Of a stretch of DNA of 64,000 nt, positions 1-11,537 are shown piece by piece (positions within the stretch are counted from its first letter, which is position 1; the number at the start of each line of letters is the position of its first letter). The stretch lies in NCBI GenBank assembly GCA_000146045.2, contig BK006936.2, forward strand, positions 192,001-256,000, given 5' to 3'. The DNA comes from TPA_inf: Saccharomyces. Taxonomy: Eukaryota. The position numbers and the translations under genes were made by a program. The notes beneath the pieces were generated by a model. That model made no database searches. It was given only the letters and a program-made list of their open reading frames with translations, and was not told the DNA's origin.

Positions 1-188
1 TTTAACTTACACACATCTTTTGGTGTTCATTCAAGGGGCGGTAGTGCTTGTAGTCCGCACAGGCGGATACTTTTTAGTTTGGGAAGAGTTAACTGGAGAG
101 GGCAGTTTACTTTCACATACTCTTTTATCTTTCTGAAGTAAAATGTGATGTACCTACAAGCAATGCATAAGCTCTTGAGTTTTAGATC

Positions 189-301
189 TGTTTCACCCTG
201 GAACTCAAAATTCTTTTACTCGAAATTTTTACTTTTTTTTTTTTTGTTTCTGCATTCTCTCAGATTTTAGATGATGCGGTTTTTTACAGGGCATTGAAAC
301 A
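189..301. promoter_or_regulatory. Two pheromone-response-element heptamers (TGAAACA) upstream of FUS3: reverse-complement copy at 189..195 and forward copy at 295..301
   Basis: Exact TGAAACA matches read directly in the sequence, 150-260 bp upstream of the FUS3 ATG. The Ste12 PRE consensus is established knowledge. Confidence 0.55.
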
Positions 302-396
302 ATTGCAGAAAAGCAACATACTAATATATCATAACTTTTTACTCTTGCCTCTCAGAAACTATATATACGTTGTAATCATTTTCTTTCTTCTAATAG

Positions 397-1512
<1,116 letters not shown>

Positions 1513-2121
1513 CCATCATTATCATTAAAATATCAACCCGAAGAACAATGTATACATATACATATACGTACACATATACATATGTACATATGACATACGT
1601 ATTAGCCGCTGAGGACGCGGACGTATAAAAGGACAATACTTATATGGAGCTAAGGGGAGCAGTTACGCAACTCCGTGATCGCGCGCCACGGGCCGTCGGC
1701 GGCTGTTAATTGAAGAAAAAAAAAATGAAGAACCACAAGGGGTGATCCATATAGGTGACTAGCATCATCCCCTGCGACGCGCGGCCCGCCGGGCCAAAGG
1801 CGGGCAATGCGCGCTGCTGATTGGCCTCGAGGACAACGCCCTCAACCACATCCGCAACAGCCAATCCCATCGGAGCGTCAAACTACCAAAGTAGTGATTG
1901 TATGGATGACCACTGTATTGTGGACGGTAAGCGCTTGCTGGAGCAAATGTGTAATCAAGTTGCTGTGTATATATAGACGTTAGATGTGTTCTACCCCTTC
2001 TTTTGTCTTGTGCCCACCGGGCTTACATTAGCACACAAAGCAGCAAGAGACCGTCTTACTAGACAATAGCGGCAAAACAAACAACACATTTCTTTTTTTC
2101 TTTTTCACATATTGCACTAAA

Positions 2122-3702
2122 ATGACAATTTCTAATTTGTTAAAGCAGAGAGTTAGGTATGCTCCCTATCTGAAAAAAGTTAAGGAAGCTCACGAGCTTA
2201 TTCCATTGTTCAAGAATGGTCAGTACCTTGGGTGGTCCGGTTTTACAGGAGTGGGTACTCCCAAGGCAGTGCCGGAGGCACTGATAGATCACGTGGAGAA
2301 GAACAATTTACAAGGGAAGTTGAGATTCAACCTTTTTGTTGGAGCTTCTGCTGGTCCAGAGGAAAACCGTTGGGCTGAACACGACATGATCATTAAGAGA
2401 GCCCCTCATCAAGTAGGGAAACCCATTGCAAAGGCAATTAACCAGGGTAGAATTGAGTTCTTTGATAAACATCTGTCCATGTTCCCTCAGGATCTGACAT
2501 ACGGGTTCTACACCAGGGAAAGAAAAGACAACAAAATCCTTGATTATACTATAATCGAGGCAACGGCCATTAAAGAGGACGGGTCTATCGTCCCAGGTCC
2601 CTCTGTCGGTGGTTCTCCAGAATTCATTACAGTCAGTGATAAAGTGATTATTGAGGTTAACACGGCTACGCCTTCGTTCGAGGGTATTCACGATATAGAC
2701 ATGCCCGTGAACCCACCTTTCAGGAAACCATACCCATATCTGAAAGTGGACGACAAGTGTGGTGTTGACTCCATCCCGGTTGATCCTGAAAAGGTTGTTG
2801 CGATTGTGGAGTCCACCATGAGGGACCAGGTCCCACCAAATACGCCCTCTGACGACATGTCCAGGGCTATTGCAGGTCATTTGGTCGAGTTTTTCAGAAA
2901 CGAGGTAAAACATGGTAGGCTACCTGAAAACCTGCTGCCTTTACAAAGTGGTATAGGTAACATTGCTAACGCTGTCATTGAAGGGCTTGCTGGCGCCCAA
3001 TTCAAGCACTTGACTGTATGGACGGAAGTGCTGCAGGACTCGTTCTTGGATCTTTTCGAGAACGGATCTTTGGACTACGCCACTGCTACTTCCGTGAGAT
3101 TGACTGAAAAGGGTTTCGACAGAGCCTTTGCAAACTGGGAAAATTTCAAACACAGATTGTGTTTGAGATCTCAAGTTGTCTCGAACAATCCGGAAATGAT
3201 CCGTAGATTGGGTGTCATCGCCATGAATACCCCAGTAGAAGTTGACATTTACGCGCACGCCAATTCTACAAATGTGAATGGTTCCCGTATGTTGAACGGG
3301 TTGGGTGGATCTGCTGATTTCTTGAGAAATGCAAAGTTGTCCATCATGCATGCCCCCTCTGCAAGACCAACTAAAGTAGACCCTACCGGTATCTCTACCA
3401 TTGTTCCTATGGCCTCTCATGTAGATCAAACTGAGCATGACCTGGACATCTTGGTCACTGACCAAGGTTTGGCGGATCTAAGAGGTCTATCGCCTAAGGA
3501 AAGAGCCCGTGAAATCATCAACAAGTGTGCTCATCCCGATTATCAAGCTTTGTTGACCGATTACTTGGACAGAGCAGAGCATTACGCTAAAAAGCACAAT
3601 TGCTTGCATGAACCACACATGCTAAAGAATGCTTTCAAGTTCCACACCAACTTAGCTGAAAAGGGTACAATGAAGGTCGACAGCTGGGAACCAGTTGACT
3701 AG
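2122..3702 (+). CDS. ACH1: Acetyl-CoA hydrolase / CoA-transferase (526 aa)
   Basis: 526-aa ORF starting [30 protein letters not shown]. Acetyl-CoA hydrolase/transferase family. Sits next to FUS3, as on yeast chrII. Confidence 0.93.
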   Translation: MTISNLLKQRVRYAPYLKKVKEAHELIPLFKNGQYLGWSGFTGVGTPKAVPEALIDHVEKNNLQGKLRFNLFVGASAGPEENRWAEHDMIIKRAPHQVGKPIAKAINQGRIEFFDKHLSMFPQDLTYGFYTRERKDNKILDYTIIEATAIKEDGSIVPGPSVGGSPEFITVSDKVIIEVNTATPSFEGIHDIDMPVNPPFRKPYPYLKVDDKCGVDSIPVDPEKVVAIVESTMRDQVPPNTPSDDMSRAIAGHLVEFFRNEVKHGRLPENLLPLQSGIGNIANAVIEGLAGAQFKHLTVWTEVLQDSFLDLFENGSLDYATATSVRLTEKGFDRAFANWENFKHRLCLRSQVVSNNPEMIRRLGVIAMNTPVEVDIYAHANSTNVNGSRMLNGLGGSADFLRNAKLSIMHAPSARPTKVDPTGISTIVPMASHVDQTEHDLDILVTDQGLADLRGLSPKERAREIINKCAHPDYQALLTDYLDRAEHYAKKHNCLHEPHMLKNAFKFHTNLAEKGTMKVDSWEPVD

Positions 3703-5493
3703 TGTTTGTGCGCAAACCGAGAGATGAGTATTTAACAAAAAAAAGAAAGGAAATGATATGATTATGATTTTATGTTTATAAAGCTTTTATCCAATGCGTT
3801 GTTTTTTCTTGCATATTTATACTTTTTGCGCTCATGGAGGGAGTTAATCAATACGCATGACGTCTAGTTAATTCACAGGTAGTACTGTATATTTATATGT
3901 TTACACAATAATTATGTATTAAGTAGTGATTAGTAAAAAAAACTAAGAGGTTGAAAGTCATCAACCCTTATATTAATTTCAACGAATTTCGCTGATGACG
4001 TCAGGGTAGTTCTCTTGCTTAGGTCAATGTAAAAATGCCAGGGTAATACAAAACCAAGCTCTGAACCGCCCAACTTATCTGTAATGATGCATGTATACCT
4101 TACAATGATTTTTTTTCTCCTATTATGGAATTAATATTGGAATCCATGTTTGTGAACAGCCTTCTCCGCAATTTAGCTTCAAGCTAATAAGTGGTTATTG
4201 TTTGCGCGCGCTTGAAGGCAAGGATCATCGCTTTTTTCTTCTCACCATTGAATTTAAGGGACGCCGATTAGCATAATACACTTATCAACAACAACCGGAT
4301 GTGTGTTATCTATCAGTGGTGGAAGGATTGGTAAGCAATTTGGTTTGATCCAGAGGACTAAGAAAAAAAAAACGGCTCATCAAAGAAATTAGTTCAATTG
4401 AGTGGTTTAATAGACAAAGTTTGGAAAGATAACAGAAGTAGAAAAAGTAAAAATCTACACATGACACTCAACACATGTGGACAGCAAGAGGGCAGATAGA
4501 TAAGTCGACACTGCAAATTGTTGTGTATGTAATAGCCCTGGGTGCAGGTTGGCCAAAACTGTTCAACAGCTCGCCCATTTGAAGGTTCAACAGGCCGCCA
4601 GAAATGTTCAACAGATTGTGCCGCTATGATACGTAACTTATATATAGCAGCGTGTATAATATTAGGACCATAATAAAATGAATGGCATGAAAATAACGAC
4701 AACAATCTCAACAGCAAACAAATTCACAATACAGTCATGGGCAGCATAAACTTCATATTTGCTTTACATCTTTTAGTTGTTTTATTTTTCATCATCGCCA
4801 TCCCTAGCTACGCCATGTATCCATTTTTACCATTTATCCTTACATCGCTCGTATTTGCTCGTTCTGATAACTCTAATAATCGTTATTGACAAGTTGGTTC
4901 AAGGTCAAAAATTTTGTTATTACAATCACTGAGCAATACGCTGTTTTTCCATAGTATGGAGGCATTTTTTTTTCTGTGAATGTACGTATATTTTACTGTA
5001 TACTTCATTAATATTTGGGAAATAGACATATTTTAAGATTATTTTTTAGATCCTGTTTACGTAAAAGACAATAATATAGGTGTGTAAATTATACCCTAAG
5101 TTCTTCTCAAGGATGTAAGACTTCCACAAGAGAACCGGCAATTTTATATGATAATACTATTTTTTCTTTGGCTTTACATGTAGTCGTTTATTATCCTATT
5201 GAATCAGCAATTATCACATCTCAGCTTTCATTACTTTTGATGACTGTTTCTCAACTCCATGTCATTCTTACACTGTGTATGATACTAATCGATAGATGAT
5301 CGTTGATTATTCCTTCAACAGATTCTGTCTAAAAAATGGTAAAACTGTTGCTACTAATCAATATCATATAATTGATCCTTATTCAACAATATCTACAACG
5401 AAAAAGGAGATTAAAAAAATGCATGCTAAGTAAATGAAGGTTTTCATCTGTCCCTGATGTTTTTCTTCTTCAAGCACGTTAACCAGTAATCAA

Positions 5494-5567
5494 GGTCTCT
5501 TGGCCCAGTTGGTTAAGGCACCGTGCTAATAACGCGGGGATCAGCGGTTCGATCCCGCTAGAGACCA
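5494..5567 (+). tRNA. tI(AAU): tRNA-Ile, anticodon AAU, 74 nt
   Basis: GGTCTCTTGGCCCAGTTGGTTAAGGCACCGTGCTAATAACGCGGGGATCAGCGGTTCGATCCCGCTAGAGACCA. The anticodon loop CTAATAA gives anticodon AAT. B-box GGTTCGATCC. A T-run terminator follows. Confidence 0.93.
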
Positions 5568-5628
5568 TTTTTTTGCAATTCAAATAACGTCGTTTATTTT
5601 TTATATAAAAATAAAAATCAAAAAGAAT

Positions 5629-5699
5629 TGCGCAAGCCCGGAATCGAACCGGGGGCCCAACGATGGCAACGTTGGATTTTACCACTAAACCACTTGCGC
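5629..5699 (-). tRNA. tG(GCC): tRNA-Gly, anticodon GCC, 71 nt
   Basis: Reverse complement reads GCGCAAGTGGTTTAGTGGTAAAATCCAACGTTGCCATCGTTGGGCCCCCGGTTCGATTCCGGGCTTGCGCA. Anticodon loop TTGCCAT gives GCC. Confidence 0.93.
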
Positions 5700-5713
5700 T
5701 TATTTCTTGGAAG

Positions 5714-6054
5714 TGTTGTATCTCAAAATGAGATACGTCAGTATGACAATACGTCATCCTGAACGTTCATAAAACACATATGAAACAACCTTATAACAAA
5801 ACGAACAACATGAGATAAAACCCGGCCTTCCCTAGCTGAACTACCCAAAAGTATAAATGCCTGAACAATTAGTTTAGATCCGAGATTCCGCGCTTCCACC
5901 ACTTAGTATGATTCATATTTTATATAATATATAAGATAAGTAACATTCCGTGAATTAATCTGATAAACCGTTTTGACAACTGGTTACTTCCCTAAGACTG
6001 TTCATATTAGGATTGTCAAGACACTCCGATATTACTCGAGCCCGTAATACAACA
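5714..6054. mobile_element. Solo sigma element (Ty3 LTR), 341 bp, with TGTTGTAT...ATACAACA inverted termini, about 15 bp upstream of the tRNA-Gly 5' end
   Basis: The sequence tgttgtatctcaaaatgagatacgtcagtatgacaatacgtcatcctgaacg...gagcccgtaatacaaca matches the Ty3 sigma LTR as I recall it. Its position immediately 5' of a Pol III gene is the known Ty3 integration signature. Confidence 0.85.
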
Positions 6055-6146
6055 CTTTTTTTGGTAAGTAGTTTATAATAACATGTGTTGAAAGATAACA
6101 AATGCCACAAAATATCAATGGCTACTTAAAAGGGTAATTGCAAACC

Positions 6147-6312
6147 ATTGGAATGAAATCCTAATATCATCTTCTTACACCGCACGTGATAATAAACTAG
6201 TAACACGAATACAACTAAACAGATGATATTATAGACTTTCATTCCAACACATCTGTTGACTAGTAAGATGGATATTAGTCAATAGATGATGTTTCTTATT
6301 CCAAACTATCAT
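6147..6312 (-). repeat. Two degenerate Ty1/Ty2-type delta LTR fragments, minus orientation. One is internally deleted and bounded by inverted TTGGAATGAAA / TTTCATTCCAACA ends
   Basis: The reverse complement reads tgttggaatgaaagtctataatatcatc...gttactagtttattatcacgtgcggtgtaagaagatga, which has delta-like architecture. A second start, ttggaataagaaacatcatctattgactaat, lies at 6253..6310 on the minus strand. Confidence 0.5.
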
Positions 6313-7063
6313 GGGTTTGTAAGAAAATTTATTTTGAGGGGAATTGATTACATTTCCTTTTTTTTTCAATGTACTTTGAAGTTTTTTCTTGTTTAACAAT
6401 AAGCTTGCCTAATCATTAAATTAGTGCATAAAAAAAAAGGTAAGCCGAGATTAAATAAGTAAACAAAGACATACTAAAAAAAATCATTCTGGTACATACA
6501 GCATTCTAGTTAATGTTAGATTAGCAGTGGAACATTCCATATTTAATCTTGTATCATTATTAAAATAAGGATAAGTCTGAGAAGTCCATTCAACCGGGAC
6601 TTAACCGCCACTTTAATTAAATCTATGCAGGATTACCCTTGTGTAGGCCACATAAAATTTACTGGAGATTTCTGTCCGGAAAGTTATTGAAAGCTTTTAA
6701 GTATACTTAAATGATTTCTCTTTTCCATTTCTACGTTGCCCTTTTATCAATCTTATTGTGGCATCGATCCTTGTACGTCTACTTATTCCATTATTTGATG
6801 AAAATTGAATCCCGTCTCTCCGGTCATATTATTTTCTTCACCTTTTACTGCCGTATACAAATATTCCCTCTCGACGTGTACCATCATTTTGATCCGTGAC
6901 ATAGTAGGAATAGATGGATTATGGTCGATTGAGCTTCCAATACTTTGCGTATTGAGCAAGCTATGCAAATTAAAATATCTATAAACTGATAGGAAATGTA
7001 TATACTGAAGAAAATGTTTATTACTTGTTACATTGTTTTGATTACCTGTGCACGCATTATACC

Positions 7064-9748
7064 TTATCCAAACCCCCGGATCCTTTTCTTCTTCTTTTTG
7101 GCTTTTTGAGAATTACGCGGTTGTGAATCGTTCACAAATGATATCTGCGAGGAAGGGGGCTGCATTAGAGTAAATGCTGGTGTCATTGAATCTGGCAGGA
7201 CACTTAAGTTTTGAGTGGATTGTGATAACGGAGTAGCTTTTTGTGATTGTGTCTTTAATATTCTTTTCCTCCTTGCCAGTCCGCTACTTTGTGATGATTT
7301 GATCGTTGGAATTTGAGATTGCGAATTTAAATTAAATGGAGGCCTGCCATTAAAGGGTGCTGAAAATTGACTATCAAAATTAAATTCATTAGATTCATCT
7401 TCTTCATTGATATCATCCATATCCCAAGAGGAGATAATATCCTGGTAAGGACCACTTAGTGATCGTGAAATTTCGTTTTGAATCGGTTCAAAAAGTGATG
7501 GTTTTTCAAGTCTCGCTAAACTCCAGATAATGTCTTTGACTATCTCCTTTGTCAGCAGTTCCGCTTGCGGGGATACCAAAACCCAACATTGCAATAATTT
7601 GTTGTAAAAGATATCCAAGCCCGGAACGTCTTCATGTAAAAACAAATGTAGCAATTTCTCAAAACCAATAAATGTCACATCCTGATCCTGATAGTACTGG
7701 AAAAACTGATCTAGTAATGAAGAAAATTCAGGTATACTCGCGAAGGAATCTGAATTCTCCAAAAGGTTTTTCAATTTTGAATGGCTCAAAGACCCACTAA
7801 GGATGCTTTCATCTTTCGTCTTCTGCCAAGATTCAAGCAATTCGTTTGTAGCTATAGATAAGCGATATCCCAAATCTTGGAGATATTTATCTTCGTCGTG
7901 ACTGTTTTCATGCTCAATTAAATTTTGGACTCGAGATATGCGCTCTCTTTCCTTCAACTTAATTTGAGAAACCAGTGCACCGATACTCTCCTTTTCACGT
8001 TCATCAGCGTTATTGAAAAGTGACGCCCATTCGGGATGGTCGACAATGATGGGGGTTTCTTGTTTGTTCGGTTCGGAGTTTTGAGTGTTTGATAAAGCAT
8101 AGTAATAAACCTCGGATGAGTTCCTTAGTTTGACTAAAAAATCTACAACTAACTCAAAATTTTCATCTGCATCCTCCTCTCTCCGAGATTCATCGTCTAT
8201 ATGATCCAGTGTTAAGATTGTCTCTATACCGGTGGGGGTCCCACCCGGAATTTCAAGAACTGTTGAGCATCCTAAGGATTGAAACAAGTTTGCTTTCCTA
8301 TGGGAAAATACATGCATATAGATGCGTTTATGCCGCATCGAATATACAAAGGCCACCAGAAGAATATGGTCAGGCTTTTTAACCTTTTGTACAGTGATTC
8401 TGAGCGTAGTATCATCTGGATCCAGATCGTGTTTCCAAGATATTCTTCTCACTGGATCATTTGATTCTGATGCCCCTACGATGATTATTTCCCTTGAAGT
8501 GAGTAAAATACCATTTTTATCATCTATCCGCTTATAATCACGTATGTTTGACCATGCTTTCGCTTGTACTACTTCCGTTTGCCAATTGTTCATAAAGTCG
8601 ATCTCAATCATTTTGGACCTATCAAAGACCAGTATTTTTTGGAAGTGTGAAAACCATTCTATTCTTTTCCATGACGATAATTCTTCTGGATCAAAAATCG
8701 TACCGTGGAGGTTATCTATTAACTGTAGTTTCCTTTTGTTATTATTATTGAAATTCTTTGGTATCCTCCCGATACTCCAGTTACCTTTTATATCAATGAT
8801 TGCGAATTGTTGTAAGTCCCAAGGATTGAATGCAAAATCTACCACCTGAAGGTCGTCTATTTCAACAAAATACAGTGGTTCTGAACTACTAACCATGACA
8901 TCACATGATCTTGAGTGGACACTTTCAATTCTAAAGATTTGGAAAGAATTTTCGGTGATTATGCCCACCAGGTTTGATCTCCGCCCGATGGACTCAGAGG
9001 CCCCCGGTATCTTAATACTCTTGATAGGTGAATGCAATTCGATACTCGTTACATTGTTATGTCGGTTTAAATGCAATGTATTTTGTCGTGTCAGAACTGC
9101 TATATTTAGGACTGAGCCTGTTTTACCCGAGGCATATGCTATGATTTCGGTTCCGTCTCTATAATTTCTTAAATCTGATGCTGTCTGAATATATTGAGAG
9201 TCCAGTCGATTAGCCACAGTAGGATCCCAAAAGAAGGCGTCTTGCATCGGCCTCGAAGAGTTAGTACTTTCTTGTAATGTATCATCTAAGTTGCGCAGCA
9301 AATCTGAAGGAATGTAATCTTGAAATGAAACTGGCGTATCGCAGTTCACACCAAACATAGAATCATTACCAACGTCAACTTTCTTAAAAAAATGGACATC
9401 TTTCGGTACCACGGGTATCACTGGATTGACCACTATAGATGTATCCCCCTGATTGTCCGTATCTTCATCAATATCGCTAGTTATGAGATCATCGTCGGCA
9501 TCTGATTCTTGCAAAACCTTGTCGTCGGAAATATATCTTATGGCAGTATCACAAAGCAGACTTTTGACCACTATATGAAGGTCTAGTGCATCCTCGGCCA
9601 ATGTATCATCTACTGGTCTTAGCCATTGTGGCTTTTCTTGCTTCTTCGTAGTGTAATTTTCTTGCGGACAGTAAAGACTGGCGCCTTGTACACCAACACC
9701 CAATTGCGAGCCTAACACATCTGAGCTTGGAATTTGTCCCTCACTCAT
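7064..9748 (-). CDS. RRN6: RNA polymerase I core factor subunit Rrn6 (894 aa)
   Basis: 894-aa ORF starting MSEGQIPSSDVLGSQLGVGVQGASLYCPQENYTTKKQEKPQWLRPVDDTLAE. Length and position (YBL014C) match Rrn6. Confidence 0.85.
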   Translation of the reverse strand: MSEGQIPSSDVLGSQLGVGVQGASLYCPQENYTTKKQEKPQWLRPVDDTLAEDALDLHIVVKSLLCDTAIRYISDDKVLQESDADDDLITSDIDEDTDNQGDTSIVVNPVIPVVPKDVHFFKKVDVGNDSMFGVNCDTPVSFQDYIPSDLLRNLDDTLQESTNSSRPMQDAFFWDPTVANRLDSQYIQTASDLRNYRDGTEIIAYASGKTGSVLNIAVLTRQNTLHLNRHNNVTSIELHSPIKSIKIPGASESIGRRSNLVGIITENSFQIFRIESVHSRSCDVMVSSSEPLYFVEIDDLQVVDFAFNPWDLQQFAIIDIKGNWSIGRIPKNFNNNNKRKLQLIDNLHGTIFDPEELSSWKRIEWFSHFQKILVFDRSKMIEIDFMNNWQTEVVQAKAWSNIRDYKRIDDKNGILLTSREIIIVGASESNDPVRRISWKHDLDPDDTTLRITVQKVKKPDHILLVAFVYSMRHKRIYMHVFSHRKANLFQSLGCSTVLEIPGGTPTGIETILTLDHIDDESRREEDADENFELVVDFLVKLRNSSEVYYYALSNTQNSEPNKQETPIIVDHPEWASLFNNADEREKESIGALVSQIKLKERERISRVQNLIEHENSHDEDKYLQDLGYRLSIATNELLESWQKTKDESILSGSLSHSKLKNLLENSDSFASIPEFSSLLDQFFQYYQDQDVTFIGFEKLLHLFLHEDVPGLDIFYNKLLQCWVLVSPQAELLTKEIVKDIIWSLARLEKPSLFEPIQNEISRSLSGPYQDIISSWDMDDINEEDESNEFNFDSQFSAPFNGRPPFNLNSQSQIPTIKSSQSSGLARRKRILKTQSQKATPLSQSTQNLSVLPDSMTPAFTLMQPPSSQISFVNDSQPRNSQKAKKKKKRIRGFG

Positions 9749-10055
9749 GCTCAGCCCATAGAACGCCTTCTCTCTTTACTTCAACTTGCCACATCAATAT
9801 CATTACCAAACTAATATGAAAGCTCATCTCGGTTTCTTAATCGAGAGAATAAAAATTATCGTATGCCCACAGGGTAACCCATATTTATATCAAATGGAAG
9901 AAGCGTCCATTAAGAAAAAAGCAAAAAAAGCTGTACCTGCTATTATGGAGAGGAGTAAGCGCTTTTCTCATTAACGTAAAAAGAGAGGTAAGAAAAAAAA
10001 GGAAGGGGACCTAGGCACCTCATAGTGAGAAGATTGAAAACGGCGTATCAAACAA

Positions 10056-11261
10056 ATGGTTAAAATGAGAAGAATAACACCTACACGCCTCCTATTCACA
10101 TGCAGATATATTTCAAACAATGCTTCTCCACCAGTGCAGCCCTTGAATGTGCTTTTCTTTGGTAGCGACACTTTCAGTAATTTCTCATTGCAAGCACTCA
10201 ATGAGTTGCGTCAAAATAATGGAAGCTGTGGTATAGTGGACAATATTCAAGTAGTAACTAGGTCGCCGAAGTGGTGCGGTAGACAGAAGTCTATTTTGAA
10301 ATACCCGCCGATCTTCGATATGGCAGAGAAGCTTCAATTGCCACGCCCAATTACATGCGACACCAAGCAGGAAATGTTGGCGCTAAGCAAACTGACACCC
10401 AGTCGCCAAGGAAATCCGGAGAACGACGGCTCCGGTGCTCCGTTCAACGCGATCATTGCGGTTTCTTTTGGGAAGCTCATTCCGGGTGACTTGATCCGCG
10501 CGGTGCCATTGGCGCTAAACGTCCATCCTTCGCTACTTCCCAGACATAAAGGCAGTGCACCTATCCAGCGAGCTCTGCTCGAGGGTGACACTTACACCGG
10601 TGTAACTATACAGACACTGCATCCGGATCGGTTTGACCATGGTGCAATTGTAGCGCAGACGGAGCCACTGGCGATCGCAACAATGCTGTCAAAAGGGAGA
10701 GTCAATGATTCGACGGCAGATTTTAATTCTGAGGGCCTGCCTCGGAGGACTGCCATACTGATGGACCAGTTGGGCGCCCTTGGCGCCCAACTTTTGGGCC
10801 AAACGCTTCGTGAGAGGTTATATCTACCACAGAACCGTGTGCAAGCGCCAACAGCTTACAAACCCAGTTACGCCCACCGTATAACAACAGAAGATAAACG
10901 CATTCATTGGGCGCGCGATTCTGCCGCCGAACTACTTAACAAACTCGAAACGCTCGGTCCTCTGCACGCGTTCAAAGAAGCGACAGCGGCAAGAAAGGAC
11001 GCTCAAAATTCAGTATTAAAACGAATATTGTTTCATGAGTGTAAAGTGATGAGAGACGCACGTCTAGATAATGGCAGTAAACCGGGCATGTTCAAATATG
11101 ATGATATTAAAGACTGTATTTTGGTCACCTGTCGCGGCAACTTACTACTATGTGTGAGCCGCCTCCAGTTCGAAGGTTTCGCCGTAGAACGTGCTGGCCA
11201 GTTCATGGCGCGCCTGCGGAAAAGATGCGGCGCCCTGAGTGAAAAGTTAGTTTTCCTGTAA
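10056..11261 (+). CDS. FMT1: Mitochondrial methionyl-tRNA formyltransferase (401 aa)
   Basis: Formyltransferase family signature, including HPSLLPRHKG. The N-terminus is basic and Ser/Thr-rich (MVKMRRITPTRLLFTCRYISNN), consistent with a mitochondrial presequence. The 401-aa length matches Fmt1. Confidence 0.88.
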   Translation: MVKMRRITPTRLLFTCRYISNNASPPVQPLNVLFFGSDTFSNFSLQALNELRQNNGSCGIVDNIQVVTRSPKWCGRQKSILKYPPIFDMAEKLQLPRPITCDTKQEMLALSKLTPSRQGNPENDGSGAPFNAIIAVSFGKLIPGDLIRAVPLALNVHPSLLPRHKGSAPIQRALLEGDTYTGVTIQTLHPDRFDHGAIVAQTEPLAIATMLSKGRVNDSTADFNSEGLPRRTAILMDQLGALGAQLLGQTLRERLYLPQNRVQAPTAYKPSYAHRITTEDKRIHWARDSAAELLNKLETLGPLHAFKEATAARKDAQNSVLKRILFHECKVMRDARLDNGSKPGMFKYDDIKDCILVTCRGNLLLCVSRLQFEGFAVERAGQFMARLRKRCGALSEKLVFL

Positions 11262-11537
11262 CCCGGCTCTACATTCCTCTTTTAGTATTCTTCTTCTCCC
11301 TTCTTTCAATCCCTCATCCATCGGTCTCTCAACAACTATGGCTGCCAAGCCCTACGCGCTATGAAGAAAAAGAAAAGTAGGCCCGCCTTCTTTCCCAGTT
11401 GCAGTTTATTTATGATTCGGAAAGATTGATGTTAGTAATGGCTTGTAGTTCATAACAGAGTGAATTAAGTGTAGGAAGCCCGGAATTAAATATATAGTAA
11501 AAAGAGCACAGGGGCGTTTACATCGGGGTAAAAAAAA

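Noticed and set aside
2308-3465. Track ORFs of 201 and 174 aa on the minus strand inside ACH1
   Set aside because: They lie entirely antisense within a strongly supported conserved gene. They have no start context or recognisable domain. They are typical chance ORFs.
3992-4066. C/D-box snoRNA-like arrangement (UGAUGA at 3993 and CUGA ~70 nt downstream)
   Set aside because: The base preceding the C box is not a purine, and the flanks cannot form the terminal stem. The UGAUGA is better explained as part of the TGACGTCA palindrome. Probably chance.
4394-4717. 107-aa minus-strand ORF in the ACH1-tRNA interval
   Set aside because: Leu-rich and low-complexity with no domain, in an A+T-rich intergenic region. 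Insufficient support to call as a gene.
8279-9164. Four short plus-strand ORFs (61-101 aa) inside RRN6
   Set aside because: Antisense to a long bona fide ORF, short and hydrophobic or low-complexity. Judged spurious.
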